Source of the DNA: a bacterium | Lineage (GTDB): Bacteria > Patescibacteriota > Minisyncoccia > Phycocordibacterales > UBA2100 | NCBI GenBank assembly: GCA_030674455.1 | Contig: JAUSGQ010000002.1 | Coordinates: 6,207-70,206, forward strand | Length of the DNA: 64,000 nt | Reading direction: 5' to 3' | Shown here: one piece after another, positions 1 through 9,864 of the stretch | Layout: every line of letters begins with the position of its first letter | How positions within the stretch are numbered: the first letter of the stretch is position 1 | Notes under the pieces: generated by a model | Seen by the model: the letters and a program-made list of their open reading frames with translations, nothing else | The model's database searches: none | Told to the model about the DNA's origin: nothing | Program-made: the position numbers and the translations under genes

Positions 1-774
1 GCCCACGACTCTTTTCGCAATGTTTTGTGCTTTCTTGAGCGCCGTTTTTGTCATCGGGTGCGGCTGCCAGCTCTCGCGGTAATCGCCGTCAATCTGAATA
101 TGCCCAACGGGCGCGCAGTATGAAATGCCTTTTGCATGTCGCACCGTGAGCAATGTAATTTCGTAGTCAAAATTAATGAATCCCTCAACAATTACCTTGC
201 CTGTCTGCGCGCGCGTGCCTTCCATCGCAAATTTCCAGCATTTCTTGATGTCGCTGGGTTTACGCGCAATGCTCTGGCCGTGGCCTGATGAAGACATCGT
301 CGGTTTGATGACGCATGGGAACCCGACAGCTTTCGCGCCCGCTTCCAATTCCTCCAAGCTCGATGCGAAACGGTAGGGAGAGGTCGGTAATTTCAATATC
401 TCCGCGGCGAGCTGTCGGATTCCTTGGCGGTCCATAGTGAGCCGCACGGCGCGCGCGGTGGGTATTACGCGCCAGCCCTCTTTCTCAAGCTCCACGAGCG
501 TATCCGTCGCGATTGCTTCAATTTCGGGGACGATAAAATCCGGCTTTTCTTTTTCCACCACCTTCCGAATTTCTGCACCTTCGCGCATGGGGAACACATA
601 GCTCCGATGCGCAATTTGCATCGCGGGCGCGTTCGCATACCTGTCGCACGCAATCACCTCAATACCAAGCCGCATGGCCTCAATAGCGACCTCGCGCCCT
701 AGTTCGCCCGAGCCGAGAAGAAGGAGTTTAGTCGCGGAGGATTTGAGAGGGGTTCCAAATCGGACTTTTTTCAT
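1..774 (-). CDS. purT: Formate-dependent phosphoribosylglycinamide formyltransferase (runs off left edge)
   Basis: Manual translation from ATG at 774: [56 protein letters not shown], the PurT N-terminus; absent from the ORF track because it is truncated. Confidence 0.93.
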   Translation of the reverse strand, partial: MKKVRFGTPLKSSATKLLLLGSGELGREVAIEAMRLGIEVIACDRYANAPAMQIAHRSYVFPMREGAEIRKVVEKEKPDFIVPEIEAIATDTLVELEKEGWRVIPTARAVRLTMDRQGIRQLAAEILKLPTSPYRFASSLEELEAGAKAVGFPCVIKPTMSSSGHGQSIARKPSDIKKCWKFAMEGTRAQTGKVIVEGFINFDYEITLLTVRHAKGISYCAPVGHIQIDGDYRESWQPHPMTKTALKKAQNIAKRVVG

Positions 775-798
775 ATCGCGGAGTATACTATTTCTGTC

Positions 799-1293
799 AT
801 GAATCCCAAAATCAGCGATGATAGAGTCAAATACGATTTTCCCGTAATTTCCCTTACCTCGGTCACAGAGGCCGAAAGTCACGGAATAAAAGAATTAACC
901 ATCCAAAGATTGAAAGAATTTGGATTTCATTCCGTATCCAATTTTGATAATGACCTTGATAATCTTCAGCGTGAATATATTGATACAGGAGGAGCGATTT
1001 TTGTTGCGAAGGATGGCAATCGAATTATAGGTTCGCTTTTGGTCAAGAAATTAGCTGATGGCATCGGCGAGATAAAGCGTTTCCAGAACCTTCCCGAATA
1101 CCGTGGAAAGGGAATCGGAAAGAAACTCCTCGATAGCGCGCTTGTTTTCATGCAAACTCACGGATTCAAGAAAGCCGCGCTGGACACGACAAGCAAGAGT
1201 ACGAAAGCCATCGAATTGTTTAAGAAAGCAGGTTTTATAGAGACAAAAAGAGAAAGAGAAAAAATCTATTTTGAGAAATCTTTTAATGCATAA
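799..1293 (+). CDS. GNAT family N-acetyltransferase
   Basis: Motif [14 protein letters not shown] and [10 protein letters not shown]. Confidence 0.88.
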   Translation: MNPKISDDRVKYDFPVISLTSVTEAESHGIKELTIQRLKEFGFHSVSNFDNDLDNLQREYIDTGGAIFVAKDGNRIIGSLLVKKLADGIGEIKRFQNLPEYRGKGIGKKLLDSALVFMQTHGFKKAALDTTSKSTKAIELFKKAGFIETKREREKIYFEKSFNA

Positions 1294-1304
1294 ACATCCG
1301 TCTA

Positions 1305-1340
1305 CCTTACTTGCTTATTCGCGCGAATAAGCAAATAAGG
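1305..1340. repeat. Palindrome family B (ttgcttattcgcgcgaataagcaa); second copy 19026-19053
   Basis: Perfect 24-bp palindromic core present at both sites. Confidence 0.85.
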
Positions 1341-1386
1341 ATACTGCGATGTTGCGGCAAAACGAGAAGAATGAGAAAGTTGCTTC

Positions 1387-2121
1387 ATGGACAGGCCAAA
1401 AATCATTGTTTTTGCATCAGGCACGAAAGACGAAGGCGGTTCCGGTTTCGAGAATTTGGTCGAGGCATCAAAGTCTGGGATTTTGGAAGCAGAAATTGTC
1501 GCAGTAGTCTCAAACCACGAACACGGGGGAGTGTGCAAACGAGCGGAACGGCTAGGAATTCCCTTCATTTATTTTAATTCCTACTCAAGCAGCTATTCTC
1601 AAATTCTCAAGAATTTGAGAATAGACGGAGGAAGAACGGAGGCGGAAATGTATGCGCGTATTGTAAAAGAAAGCGGGGCGGAGTGGGTTGCTCTTTCCGG
1701 CTGGTTGAAGGTGGTGAATGGGCTAGACTCGAAGAGAACATTCAATATTCATCCGGCTCTTCTTTCACAGCTTGGCGGCCATGGCCGGGCAGGGCGGTTC
1801 GGTGGGAAGGGCATGTACGGAACGTGTTTGTATGAAGCAGTAAAAACCGCTTTAGACGCGGGCGAAATATCTGAATCAGGATTTACCATGCATTTTGTAA
1901 CAGACGAATTAGACAGAGGACCGGCGTTTTTTGAGTACCGTATTCCGCTCCGAAAGGGAATGAAAGCAGATGATATCGAAAAAGCAGTCCACGCTGCCGA
2001 ACACGAATGGCAGCCGAAAATCACGAACATGGTAGTCCATGGCGAGATTTCATGGGACGGGAAGAATCCAAAAAGTCTTGTTGTCCCGGAAGGTTATCAG
2101 TACCTGCCAAAACGTAAATGA
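1387..2121 (+). CDS. purN: Phosphoribosylglycinamide formyltransferase with in-frame palindromic insert
   Basis: VFASG, NIHPALL, SGFTMHFVTDELDRGP motifs. Confidence 0.9.
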   Translation: MDRPKIIVFASGTKDEGGSGFENLVEASKSGILEAEIVAVVSNHEHGGVCKRAERLGIPFIYFNSYSSSYSQILKNLRIDGGRTEAEMYARIVKESGAEWVALSGWLKVVNGLDSKRTFNIHPALLSQLGGHGRAGRFGGKGMYGTCLYEAVKTALDAGEISESGFTMHFVTDELDRGPAFFEYRIPLRKGMKADDIEKAVHAAEHEWQPKITNMVVHGEISWDGKNPKSLVVPEGYQYLPKRK

Positions 2122-2214
2122 TCGTCGACACCCGATACTTCATTTAATAATGAAGTATCGGGATTTAGGTAGGTGCATTGAAAATAAAGCAATTTATGCG
2201 CATAATCAGCGGAC

Positions 2215-2298
2215 GCCGCGGTGGTGAAACTGGTAGACACGCTAGCTTCAGGAGCTAGTTCTCGCAAGGGATTGGGAGTTCGAGTCTCCCCCGCGGCA
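2215..2298 (+). tRNA. tRNA-Leu(CAG)
   Basis: gccgcgg/ccgcggc acceptor stem, ctagc-ttcagga-gctag anticodon arm, long variable arm, gttcgagtc T-loop. Confidence 0.95.
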
Positions 2299-2330
2299 CA
2301 GAAGGAATTTGACTGCTACAATTCAGGAGT

Positions 2331-3413
2331 ATGGGAAATGTTGAATCTCAGAAATACCGAGCTGACTTATTGAACGATATAAATAAGAGTCCCGATAAAG
2401 CAAAGCGGCGCGCGATACTTGAGCAAGCGAAAACAACCACTGAATATAAAGAAGCTCGGAGATTAAAGCTAGAAAGCATCAACAGGTTTGTGGAAGATAA
2501 AGAAAAGATATCAGCTGTTAAAGCACGACTGGATATGGGGCAAGTTACCCCAGAGATAACCACCACAAGGCAAGTCGCCGAAGAGCTAGCAGGTTTGCAA
2601 ATTAACCGACCGGAATACTCGATTGAAAATGCCGTCCGCGAGAAGCCACTTATGCACTACTCTAAGGCTGGTAACATATTTCAAATTTTGCGCTTTGGCA
2701 TTCAAAGTAATAACTTTAAAAACAGATTTGACGCACTAAGAAATGGTAATCCTGGGGCGAACAGACTTGCGCAGCAAATGTGCGGACTGTGCATAAAACA
2801 AGGCGGTAGTTATCAGGGGGCAGACAGTATATCTTTATCAAAATTTTCAGAAAAGTTACATACGCCGCCAGGGAATGTACTTTACCTGGTGAATCCCAGG
2901 ATAAAGACTTTCGGTGATAGCGATGCGGAAAGAAACCCGAAATCTGGATATGGCCATGGAATAAAGGGTCAGCTAGTGGCAGGCGAATATGCAATTGGGA
3001 ATCCCACGGCTTATCGAGACGAAGTTTTAGGTGCAAATGCGATTATGCCGAAAGAGTTAAGGGCTATCGTTATTGATAAATCCACATCAATTATTTCTGA
3101 CATGAGTCGAGTGGTGCAAGAAAATGTCAAAGGTTTTATGCAGGAGAAACTGCGAAATTCTCGGGCAAGCGAAGACTTAGTTGCCACAGCAAAACTTCTT
3201 GCAGAATTAGCAGGAAATGCGGATATTGCGACTAAAGCGCAGGAATTACAGAAACAATCGGACACAATGGATTATCGGGAAATCTGCATGAAACTGATTA
3301 GCCTTCAAAAGAAAGCCCTTGTTGAATTAGTCGGCACAGGCAAGAATTTAGACGAAGAAAACTTAAGACAGGCAATCGAGAAAAGATTTAACATTCGTTT
3401 TATTACGAAGTAG
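2331..3413 (+). CDS. Hypothetical protein, possible ADP-ribosyltransferase fold
   Basis: 360-aa ORF; LMHYS..IFQILRFGIQS, SISLS and DEVL motifs resemble the ART core strands. Confidence 0.6.
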   Translation: MGNVESQKYRADLLNDINKSPDKAKRRAILEQAKTTTEYKEARRLKLESINRFVEDKEKISAVKARLDMGQVTPEITTTRQVAEELAGLQINRPEYSIENAVREKPLMHYSKAGNIFQILRFGIQSNNFKNRFDALRNGNPGANRLAQQMCGLCIKQGGSYQGADSISLSKFSEKLHTPPGNVLYLVNPRIKTFGDSDAERNPKSGYGHGIKGQLVAGEYAIGNPTAYRDEVLGANAIMPKELRAIVIDKSTSIISDMSRVVQENVKGFMQEKLRNSRASEDLVATAKLLAELAGNADIATKAQELQKQSDTMDYREICMKLISLQKKALVELVGTGKNLDEENLRQAIEKRFNIRFITK

Positions 3414-3478
3414 TAGCTTCGCTCCAATGTTGTTGGCGTGAACTCGCGTTTATGCCGGATGCTTGTTGTTCTCACACT

Positions 3479-5944
3479 TCAAACAACTCGCGATGGAATC
3501 CGCAGAATATCCGCGAAGACGCCGGCGGCTGTTACCTTGGCTCCCGCGCCGGGGCCTTTGATTACTATGGGCGTTGTGCTGTAGCGTTCGGTAGTGAACG
3601 CAATTACATTGTCGTTTCCTGAAAGCGAGTAGAACGGATGCTCTTTCCCGACGGCTTGCAAAGATACGGTCGCTTTTCCTTTGGAGAGCGTGGCGATGAA
3701 TCGCAAGACCTGGCCTTTATTTTCGGCATCTTTCCTTTTCTTTTCAAACGACGGGTCTTCTTTTTTAAGCTTTACGAAAAAGTCATCAATAGATTTTGCT
3801 TTTTGCAATTCCGGACTCAAAAGCCCCTTGATTTTAATATCCTTAATCTCGAGAGGGAAACCTGCTTCTCTCGCAAGTATCAGTATTTTTCGCGCAACAT
3901 CCATGCCGTCGAGGTCGCTTCTAGGGTCGGGTTCCGTGTATCCGAGTTCGCGCGCTTTCGCGACAATTTCGCTGAACGCATTACCCGCGGAGTAATGATT
4001 GAAAATGTAACTTAAGGTTCCGGAAAGTACCGCCTCAATTTTGACTATCTTGTCGCCGGAGAGCATGAGGTCGTTTATCGTGCTGATGACCGGCAACCCC
4101 GCGCCGACATTCGTTTCGTACAAGAATTTTACGCCGTGTTTCTGCGCGCGCTGTTTCATTTCCTTGTACTGCTCGTATGTGCCGGAATTCGCTCTTTTGT
4201 TCGGCGTGACAACCGATATCCCAGCCCGAAGCACGTCGGAGTAACGAGAAGCCACCTCTTCGCTTGCGGTGCAATCGACAAATACGCTTTCCGGCAAACC
4301 CATCTTTTTCATTGTGTCTATAAAACTATTAACTTTCATCTTTATGTGCGATTTCTCTAACGCCTTGCGCCATGAACCGGTTGAAATTCCATCCGGAGAG
4401 CAAGCAAAAGTGCGGGTGTTGGCAATTCCGGCAACGCGAATGTCATAGCCATGCTCCCGCGCCAGGGAATCTTTCTGCTCATGGATCTGCTCGAGGAGCG
4501 TGCTGCCGATGAGGCCGACGCCAACTTGGAAGATATTGATGCGTCTTCTCCCCGGAGCAAAAAAGGCCACGTGTACCGCATTGAGGGCTCTGATTTCCTC
4601 GGATTGATTTATAACTGCCGAGATATTCAGCTCGGATGACCCTTGCGCGATAGCGACGATGTTAACCCCGTTTCGGCCGAGAGTCTGGAACAGGCGGCCA
4701 GCGAGGCCCCGCTGATGCCGCATACCTTCGCCCACAATCGCGATAATGGAAAGCCCCCGTTCGACGAGTACATCATCAATTGAATGTGCGGCTCGCTCCT
4801 GCGAGAACTCCTCCTCAATTGCGGCTTTTGCCGCATCTGCATCTTTTGGGGACACGGCAATTGAAATCGAATGTTCCGATGACGCCTGCGTGATGAGTAT
4901 CACATTTATTTTTTCTCTGCCGAGCGCGCCGAAAAGCCGCCCAGAGACTCCCGTAGCGCCTGCCATACCGATTCCGCGAAGGGAGAGCATGGCAATCCCG
5001 CTTACAGCCGAAATACCTTTTATCAGGTTATCGTCCGGAATGGATTTCTTTCCGATAAGCGTTCCAGAGGCTTTGGGGTCAAAGATATTCCGTATATGCA
5101 ACGGAATATTCTTTTCGACGGCCGGGCGCATTGTTGCAGGATGAATGACTTCTGCGCCAAAATACGATATTTCAGCCGCCTCTTCGTAAGAGAGCGAGCG
5201 GATAGGCAAAACTTCTTTTACTTTCCGCGGGTCGGCTGTCAAAACTCCCGCAACTCCGGCCCATATCTCGATCATTTTTGCGCCGAGCGCGGCTCCAAGG
5301 ATGCACGCAGTATAATCGCTCCCGCCGCGCCCGATAGTCGTTGTTTCTTGATTCTTTGATGACGCGATAAAGCCCGTAGCAATTTGCAGTTTTTTATGAG
5401 CAGAGAAGTACTGCTTTATGTTTTTGTCCGTCTGCGTGAAATCAACGGCCGCCGAGCCGAAATTGTCGTCGGTGACAATAATGGTGCGCATGTCCAAGTA
5501 TTCGCACGACACTCCGCGGGCATTCAACACGTCCGAAAGCAGGCGCGAAGAAAGTCGCTCTCCGTAACTCATGATTCTGTCTCTTGATTTTCCTTCCAAT
5601 TCGCCAGTTAGGAACACCTCGCGCGCGGCATTCTCGAGTTTGCCGAAAAGCTCATCAATGTGCGCAAGAGCTGATTTTTGCGCCCGCTTCGAAAGGAGAG
5701 AGCGCGCCGCGTCTTTATGTTGCTTTTTAATATGAAGCAAAAGTTTTTTGTGCGTTTCTTTCTTCTGGGAAGCAAGTTCCGCTATCTGTATAAGCTCGTT
5801 TGTTACTCCACGCATGGCGGAAACAACGACTACGGGAACATGAGCATCCCTTTTGGACTTCTTTATGATGTCGACTACTTGTTCAATAGTCTTCGGCGTA
5901 TTCATTGAAGCGCCGCCGAATTTGAGGATTTTTGTCGTCCGCAT
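3479..5944 (-). CDS. thrA: Bifunctional aspartokinase/homoserine dehydrogenase
   Basis: LKFGGAS, GRGGSDYTA, two ACT domains, GVGLIGS, YETNVGAGLP, GPGAG. Confidence 0.95.
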   Translation of the reverse strand: MRTTKILKFGGASMNTPKTIEQVVDIIKKSKRDAHVPVVVVSAMRGVTNELIQIAELASQKKETHKKLLLHIKKQHKDAARSLLSKRAQKSALAHIDELFGKLENAAREVFLTGELEGKSRDRIMSYGERLSSRLLSDVLNARGVSCEYLDMRTIIVTDDNFGSAAVDFTQTDKNIKQYFSAHKKLQIATGFIASSKNQETTTIGRGGSDYTACILGAALGAKMIEIWAGVAGVLTADPRKVKEVLPIRSLSYEEAAEISYFGAEVIHPATMRPAVEKNIPLHIRNIFDPKASGTLIGKKSIPDDNLIKGISAVSGIAMLSLRGIGMAGATGVSGRLFGALGREKINVILITQASSEHSISIAVSPKDADAAKAAIEEEFSQERAAHSIDDVLVERGLSIIAIVGEGMRHQRGLAGRLFQTLGRNGVNIVAIAQGSSELNISAVINQSEEIRALNAVHVAFFAPGRRRINIFQVGVGLIGSTLLEQIHEQKDSLAREHGYDIRVAGIANTRTFACSPDGISTGSWRKALEKSHIKMKVNSFIDTMKKMGLPESVFVDCTASEEVASRYSDVLRAGISVVTPNKRANSGTYEQYKEMKQRAQKHGVKFLYETNVGAGLPVISTINDLMLSGDKIVKIEAVLSGTLSYIFNHYSAGNAFSEIVAKARELGYTEPDPRSDLDGMDVARKILILAREAGFPLEIKDIKIKGLLSPELQKAKSIDDFFVKLKKEDPSFEKKRKDAENKGQVLRFIATLSKGKATVSLQAVGKEHPFYSLSGNDNVIAFTTERYSTTPIVIKGPGAGAKVTAAGVFADILRIPSRVV

Positions 5945-6028
5945 TTAGTTGAAACTATCACATGAGCCAAACACTGGCAATTCCTTTTTGACATTGATTT
6001 TTGAGCTCGGGAAAGCTATGTTCTAGGC

Positions 6029-6748
6029 ATGCAGGTGCGGCCAATAAAAACGCGCGTTTTTAAGGAGGGAGAGAACCTTGCGGATTTTATTATCACGCAT
6101 ATACCGAAACTAAAGAATGGTTCAATTCTTGCCGTCACTTCAAAAATTGCCGCGCTCGCGGAGGGCCGTGTCGCCATCTTGAAGAATCGGAAAGAAAAGG
6201 AACGGCTCATTCGCTCCGAAAGCGAGTGGCAGCTCAAAGTCTTGCCGCAGTGGTGGCTCACCGTACGCGACGGCACGGTTGTCGTGAATGCCGGGCTCGA
6301 CAATTCAAACGCGGATGGAAAGACTATTCTGCTCCCGAAAGACAGTTTTACGTCGGCTCTTGCGTTGCGCAAACAATTAAAAAAGAAATACAAGCTCAAG
6401 AATCTCGGCGTCGTAATTACCGACAGTCGCACGAGCGCTCTGCGCGCGGGCGTGACTGGAGTGGCGCTTGGCTACGCTGGTTTCAAAGGTATCAAAGACT
6501 ATCGGGGCCAAGCGGATATATTCGGGCGGAAGCTCAAAGTAACGCAAACAAACGTCGCGGACTCTCTCGCGACCGTTGCGACCATTGTTATGGGAGAAGG
6601 AAGTGAGCGCCAACCGCTTGCAATCATTGAAGACGCTCCTATTGAGTTCAGCGAGAAAGTCAATAGAAAAGAATTGCGGATTTCTCTGAAATACGACATG
6701 TACCGCTCGTTATTTGCGAAAAAAATGAAGATCAAGGGGAGTCCTTGA
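6029..6748 (+). CDS. CofE-like gamma-glutamyl ligase (F420-0:glutamate ligase family)
   Basis: TSKI..AEGR, NAGLDNSN, ITDS, DIFGRKL, MGEGSERQP. Confidence 0.85.
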   Translation: MQVRPIKTRVFKEGENLADFIITHIPKLKNGSILAVTSKIAALAEGRVAILKNRKEKERLIRSESEWQLKVLPQWWLTVRDGTVVVNAGLDNSNADGKTILLPKDSFTSALALRKQLKKKYKLKNLGVVITDSRTSALRAGVTGVALGYAGFKGIKDYRGQADIFGRKLKVTQTNVADSLATVATIVMGEGSERQPLAIIEDAPIEFSEKVNRKELRISLKYDMYRSLFAKKMKIKGSP

Positions 6749-6788
6749 TTTGGTATTTTTAGTGAAGATCAAGGGGAGTCCTTGATTT
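6726..6788. repeat. Direct tandem pair of hairpins atcaagg-ggagt-ccttgat (37-bp period)
   Basis: 26-bp identical copies at 6726-6751 and 6763-6788; the first contains the upstream gene's stop codon. Confidence 0.85.
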
Positions 6789-6875
6789 TGGGTATTTTAG
6801 GTAAATTTCTGTTTTCCCCAGCCCTTGTCGCACGCGTGTCTTTCTATAAAGCAGGGTGCTAGAATCACTACTTCC

Positions 6876-8660
6876 ATGTGGGAACTGACCCTTGTAGGAC
6901 TCATAGTTCTCTTTTTTCTACACTTTGGCCTTAAGAGTCGGGTATCGAAATTGGAGGAGGAATTGAAGAAGAGGGGAACTGATGCTGTTCCTGTTGCTTC
7001 TGATGTTGCGCAGTCCGCCGCGAGCCGTCTACAGGTCCCGCCACAAACGGCGGGGCCAGTGCCGCAACCAGGGTTTATGAATGTTGTTCAAGCGGTAGCG
7101 GCAATGAAAGAACCAGTCGCGAGTTCAGCATCACCATCGTGGGATGTCCAGTTTTCCGCATGGCTCAAAGAAGATTGGCTATTAAAACTCGGCGCTCTCC
7201 TTTTCTTGATAGGTTTTGGATGGCTCGTGAGCTACGCATTTTTGCACAACTGGATAGGACCTGTCGGACGCATTACTATCGGCCTCATTGCTGGAGCGCT
7301 GATCTTGATATTTGGATGGTGGCGCATGCGCACATTTGTTCATCAGGGAGGAGTATTCATGGTCATAGGTTCGGCTGCAGTCCTACTGACTGTTTTTGCC
7401 GCCCGTGAGATATACCAGTTCTTCACTCCAACGATTGCTCTTTCTGTTATGTTTTTGACTTCCGCATTTGTCGCGTTCGCGAGCGTACAGTTCAAGTCGC
7501 GCAATCTTGCGCTCGGAAGTCTTATTGTGGCCGGCGTCGCGCCACTCCTCACCAATTCGCCTGCACCAGATTACATCGGGTTGTTCGCTTACCTCTTGGT
7601 TGTCGTCGTTGGCGCAGTGTGGATTGTCGCGCTTACCGGCCAGCGCGCGCTCACGCTGGCGGCTTTGGTTATTGTCGCCTTGTACAGCATGCCACACCTT
7701 TTTGGCATCCTTTCTGCAGATACAAGCATTTTGCTGCTCTTTGCGTATGCATTTGGTGCGATATTCTTTATCACAAACATTCTCGGCATATTGCGGAATA
7801 AGGAAAAAGATTCCGCCGATACTATATGTGCAGTGGGAAACGGACTTTTTCTGCTCACTTGGATAATGATGGTCGCTCCGGAAGAATGGCAAAGTCTTAT
7901 AATTTCAGCGTGGATGGTTGCATTTCTAACTGCGGCATTCGTGGCATATAGAGCCACACAACGGCCCGACGCTTTCTATACGTACGCCGGCGTGGCAGTC
8001 GCCATGATAGCTGCCGCGACAGCGGCCGAACTGGAAGGTGCCGCGCTCACCATCGCATACACTATTGAAAGCGGCCTCATACCTCTAATTTCTTATGCGG
8101 TCCTTAAAGACTTCCGATTGGCATCGCGCACATCCTTACTCTTGATCGGTCCGGCGTTTCTGGCTCTTCCGAGCATTGTTTCGTCATCGTGGAATGTTGG
8201 AGTCGTTCAAAAAAATTTCTTTGTTCTCCTGATTCTTTCGGCGACGTTGTTTCTCCTGGGTCTCTTTTTCTCTCGATTGCAGCCTGAAGTCCAAACAAAC
8301 GACAAAGCAACCCTATCGTCGACGCTATTGGTCGCCGGTTCAGTATTCGCATATATCCTGCTCTGGCTTTCCATGCGAGCCGCGCTCGATAACAACACAG
8401 TCGCCGTCATGATATGTCTCATAATCTATACGATTATCGGGCTCATCGCCTACTTCTACGGACGCACCAATGATAAGGGAAATATTCGAATATACGGCGG
8501 AGTACTGCTGGCGTTTGTGGTAGTGAGGCTTCTTTTGATAGATGTTTGGAATATGGAATTGACTTGGAGAATAATCACATTCTTTGCCGTAGGCGCGCTT
8601 CTCATGAGTACGGCATTTTTTGGACGGCACAAATCTGCGCCTCTTGCCAAGAGTTCATGA
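6876..8660 (+). CDS. DUF2339-like polytopic membrane protein
   Basis: [29 protein letters not shown] pattern and many TM segments. Confidence 0.8.
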   Translation: MWELTLVGLIVLFFLHFGLKSRVSKLEEELKKRGTDAVPVASDVAQSAASRLQVPPQTAGPVPQPGFMNVVQAVAAMKEPVASSASPSWDVQFSAWLKEDWLLKLGALLFLIGFGWLVSYAFLHNWIGPVGRITIGLIAGALILIFGWWRMRTFVHQGGVFMVIGSAAVLLTVFAAREIYQFFTPTIALSVMFLTSAFVAFASVQFKSRNLALGSLIVAGVAPLLTNSPAPDYIGLFAYLLVVVVGAVWIVALTGQRALTLAALVIVALYSMPHLFGILSADTSILLLFAYAFGAIFFITNILGILRNKEKDSADTICAVGNGLFLLTWIMMVAPEEWQSLIISAWMVAFLTAAFVAYRATQRPDAFYTYAGVAVAMIAAATAAELEGAALTIAYTIESGLIPLISYAVLKDFRLASRTSLLLIGPAFLALPSIVSSSWNVGVVQKNFFVLLILSATLFLLGLFFSRLQPEVQTNDKATLSSTLLVAGSVFAYILLWLSMRAALDNNTVAVMICLIIYTIIGLIAYFYGRTNDKGNIRIYGGVLLAFVVVRLLLIDVWNMELTWRIITFFAVGALLMSTAFFGRHKSAPLAKSS

Positions 8661-9847
8661 CGATGAGAAGACAATTCGCGGGTGCAATTATATTTGTGTT
8701 CGCTTTGGTTTTCTCTTCGAGCGTTGCCTACGCAGAGATTTTCGAGGGAAATGTTCTCGAGATCGTAAGCGCGTATCGCCAGTACAAAGAAATCGGGTCG
8801 CTTCCGATTCGGGTCCCTACTGTTATACAAATTCCTTTCAATAAAGACTTCATGGAAAGGGCAGATAGCACCGTGCTGAATTTGACGACGGGGAAATTTG
8901 AGCCGAGTTACTTCAAACAAGAATCGAGAGCCAATTTAATTCCTATCACGGCGCAAGTTCCGAATGGCAACGGCCAATATATGCTCGATGACGACATACG
9001 AACGTATGTCGAATTCCCGTTGCCCGAGGCAGGGACCGGTTCCGTACGTATTGTCCTTTATAGCGCTCGGCCGATAGTATCTTCTAAGCTTACGGTACTT
9101 CTCGATGATTACGTGGCGCTCCCAACCCAAATAAAGATTAGTACAGAGTCAACGCAAGGGGAAATAATCATTCTCGCTCCCACGCGCATGGATGGGCAGA
9201 CTATTCGATTTCCCAAAACAACTTCCGCTATTTGGGTAGTGACGCTATGGTACGCCCAGCCGCTGCGCATTACGGAATTGCGTCTTGCGCAGGACAACGC
9301 GCCAATAGCATCAGGGAGTCATCTGCGTTTTTTAGCTCAGCCGGACAATCAATATGAAGTGTATTTTGACGCAGACCGTCCTGCGCTTCCCAAAGTCGGC
9401 GAAATCGGAAATTTAACTGATGACAGAGATGTTCTCACTATCGACCGTCAAGCACAAAAGAATCCTCGGTATGTAATAGCAGACACCGACGGCGATGGAA
9501 TTCCAAACATACTGGATAACTGTCTATCCGTCGCAAATGCAGACCAGAAAGATGCGGACGGCAATGGCCGCGGGGACTTGTGCGATGATTTCGACAGAGA
9601 TGGAATACCAAATGCGAAAGACAATTGTCCCAACGACCCTAATGTAAACCAGATGGATACTGACGGGGATGGGATAGGGGATGTTTGCGACAAAGAGGAG
9701 AGCAGGATAACCGAGCGCAACGCCTGGCTTCCGTGGCTTGGAATAGGATTTGCGGCACTTGTTCTCGTGGGCCTCTTTACGGCGACTGCGCTTATGAAGC
9801 CAAAAAATCCGGATGTCCCAGAAAAGACACCGACTGCCACGGAGTAA
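8657..9847 (+). CDS. Secreted, C-terminally anchored protein with thrombospondin type-3 (Ca-binding) repeats
   Basis: Signal peptide; [38 protein letters not shown] repeats; C-terminal TM; ATGA overlap with upstream gene. Confidence 0.85.
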   Translation: MTMRRQFAGAIIFVFALVFSSSVAYAEIFEGNVLEIVSAYRQYKEIGSLPIRVPTVIQIPFNKDFMERADSTVLNLTTGKFEPSYFKQESRANLIPITAQVPNGNGQYMLDDDIRTYVEFPLPEAGTGSVRIVLYSARPIVSSKLTVLLDDYVALPTQIKISTESTQGEIIILAPTRMDGQTIRFPKTTSAIWVVTLWYAQPLRITELRLAQDNAPIASGSHLRFLAQPDNQYEVYFDADRPALPKVGEIGNLTDDRDVLTIDRQAQKNPRYVIADTDGDGIPNILDNCLSVANADQKDADGNGRGDLCDDFDRDGIPNAKDNCPNDPNVNQMDTDGDGIGDVCDKEESRITERNAWLPWLGIGFAALVLVGLFTATALMKPKNPDVPEKTPTATE

Positions 9848-9864
9848 TTAACTGGCTAGTTTTT

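Noticed and set aside
2299-3478. Prophage or integrative element at tRNA-Leu
   Set aside because: No integrase, no duplicated tRNA 3' end and no phage genes
5945-6028. T-box or leader-peptide attenuator for thrA
   Set aside because: The 84-bp divergent gap has no T-box motif or Thr-rich leader peptide
6726-6800. Possible CRISPR repeat pair
   Set aside because: The intervening sequence is only ~11 nt and is itself duplicated, so this is a simple tandem hairpin duplication
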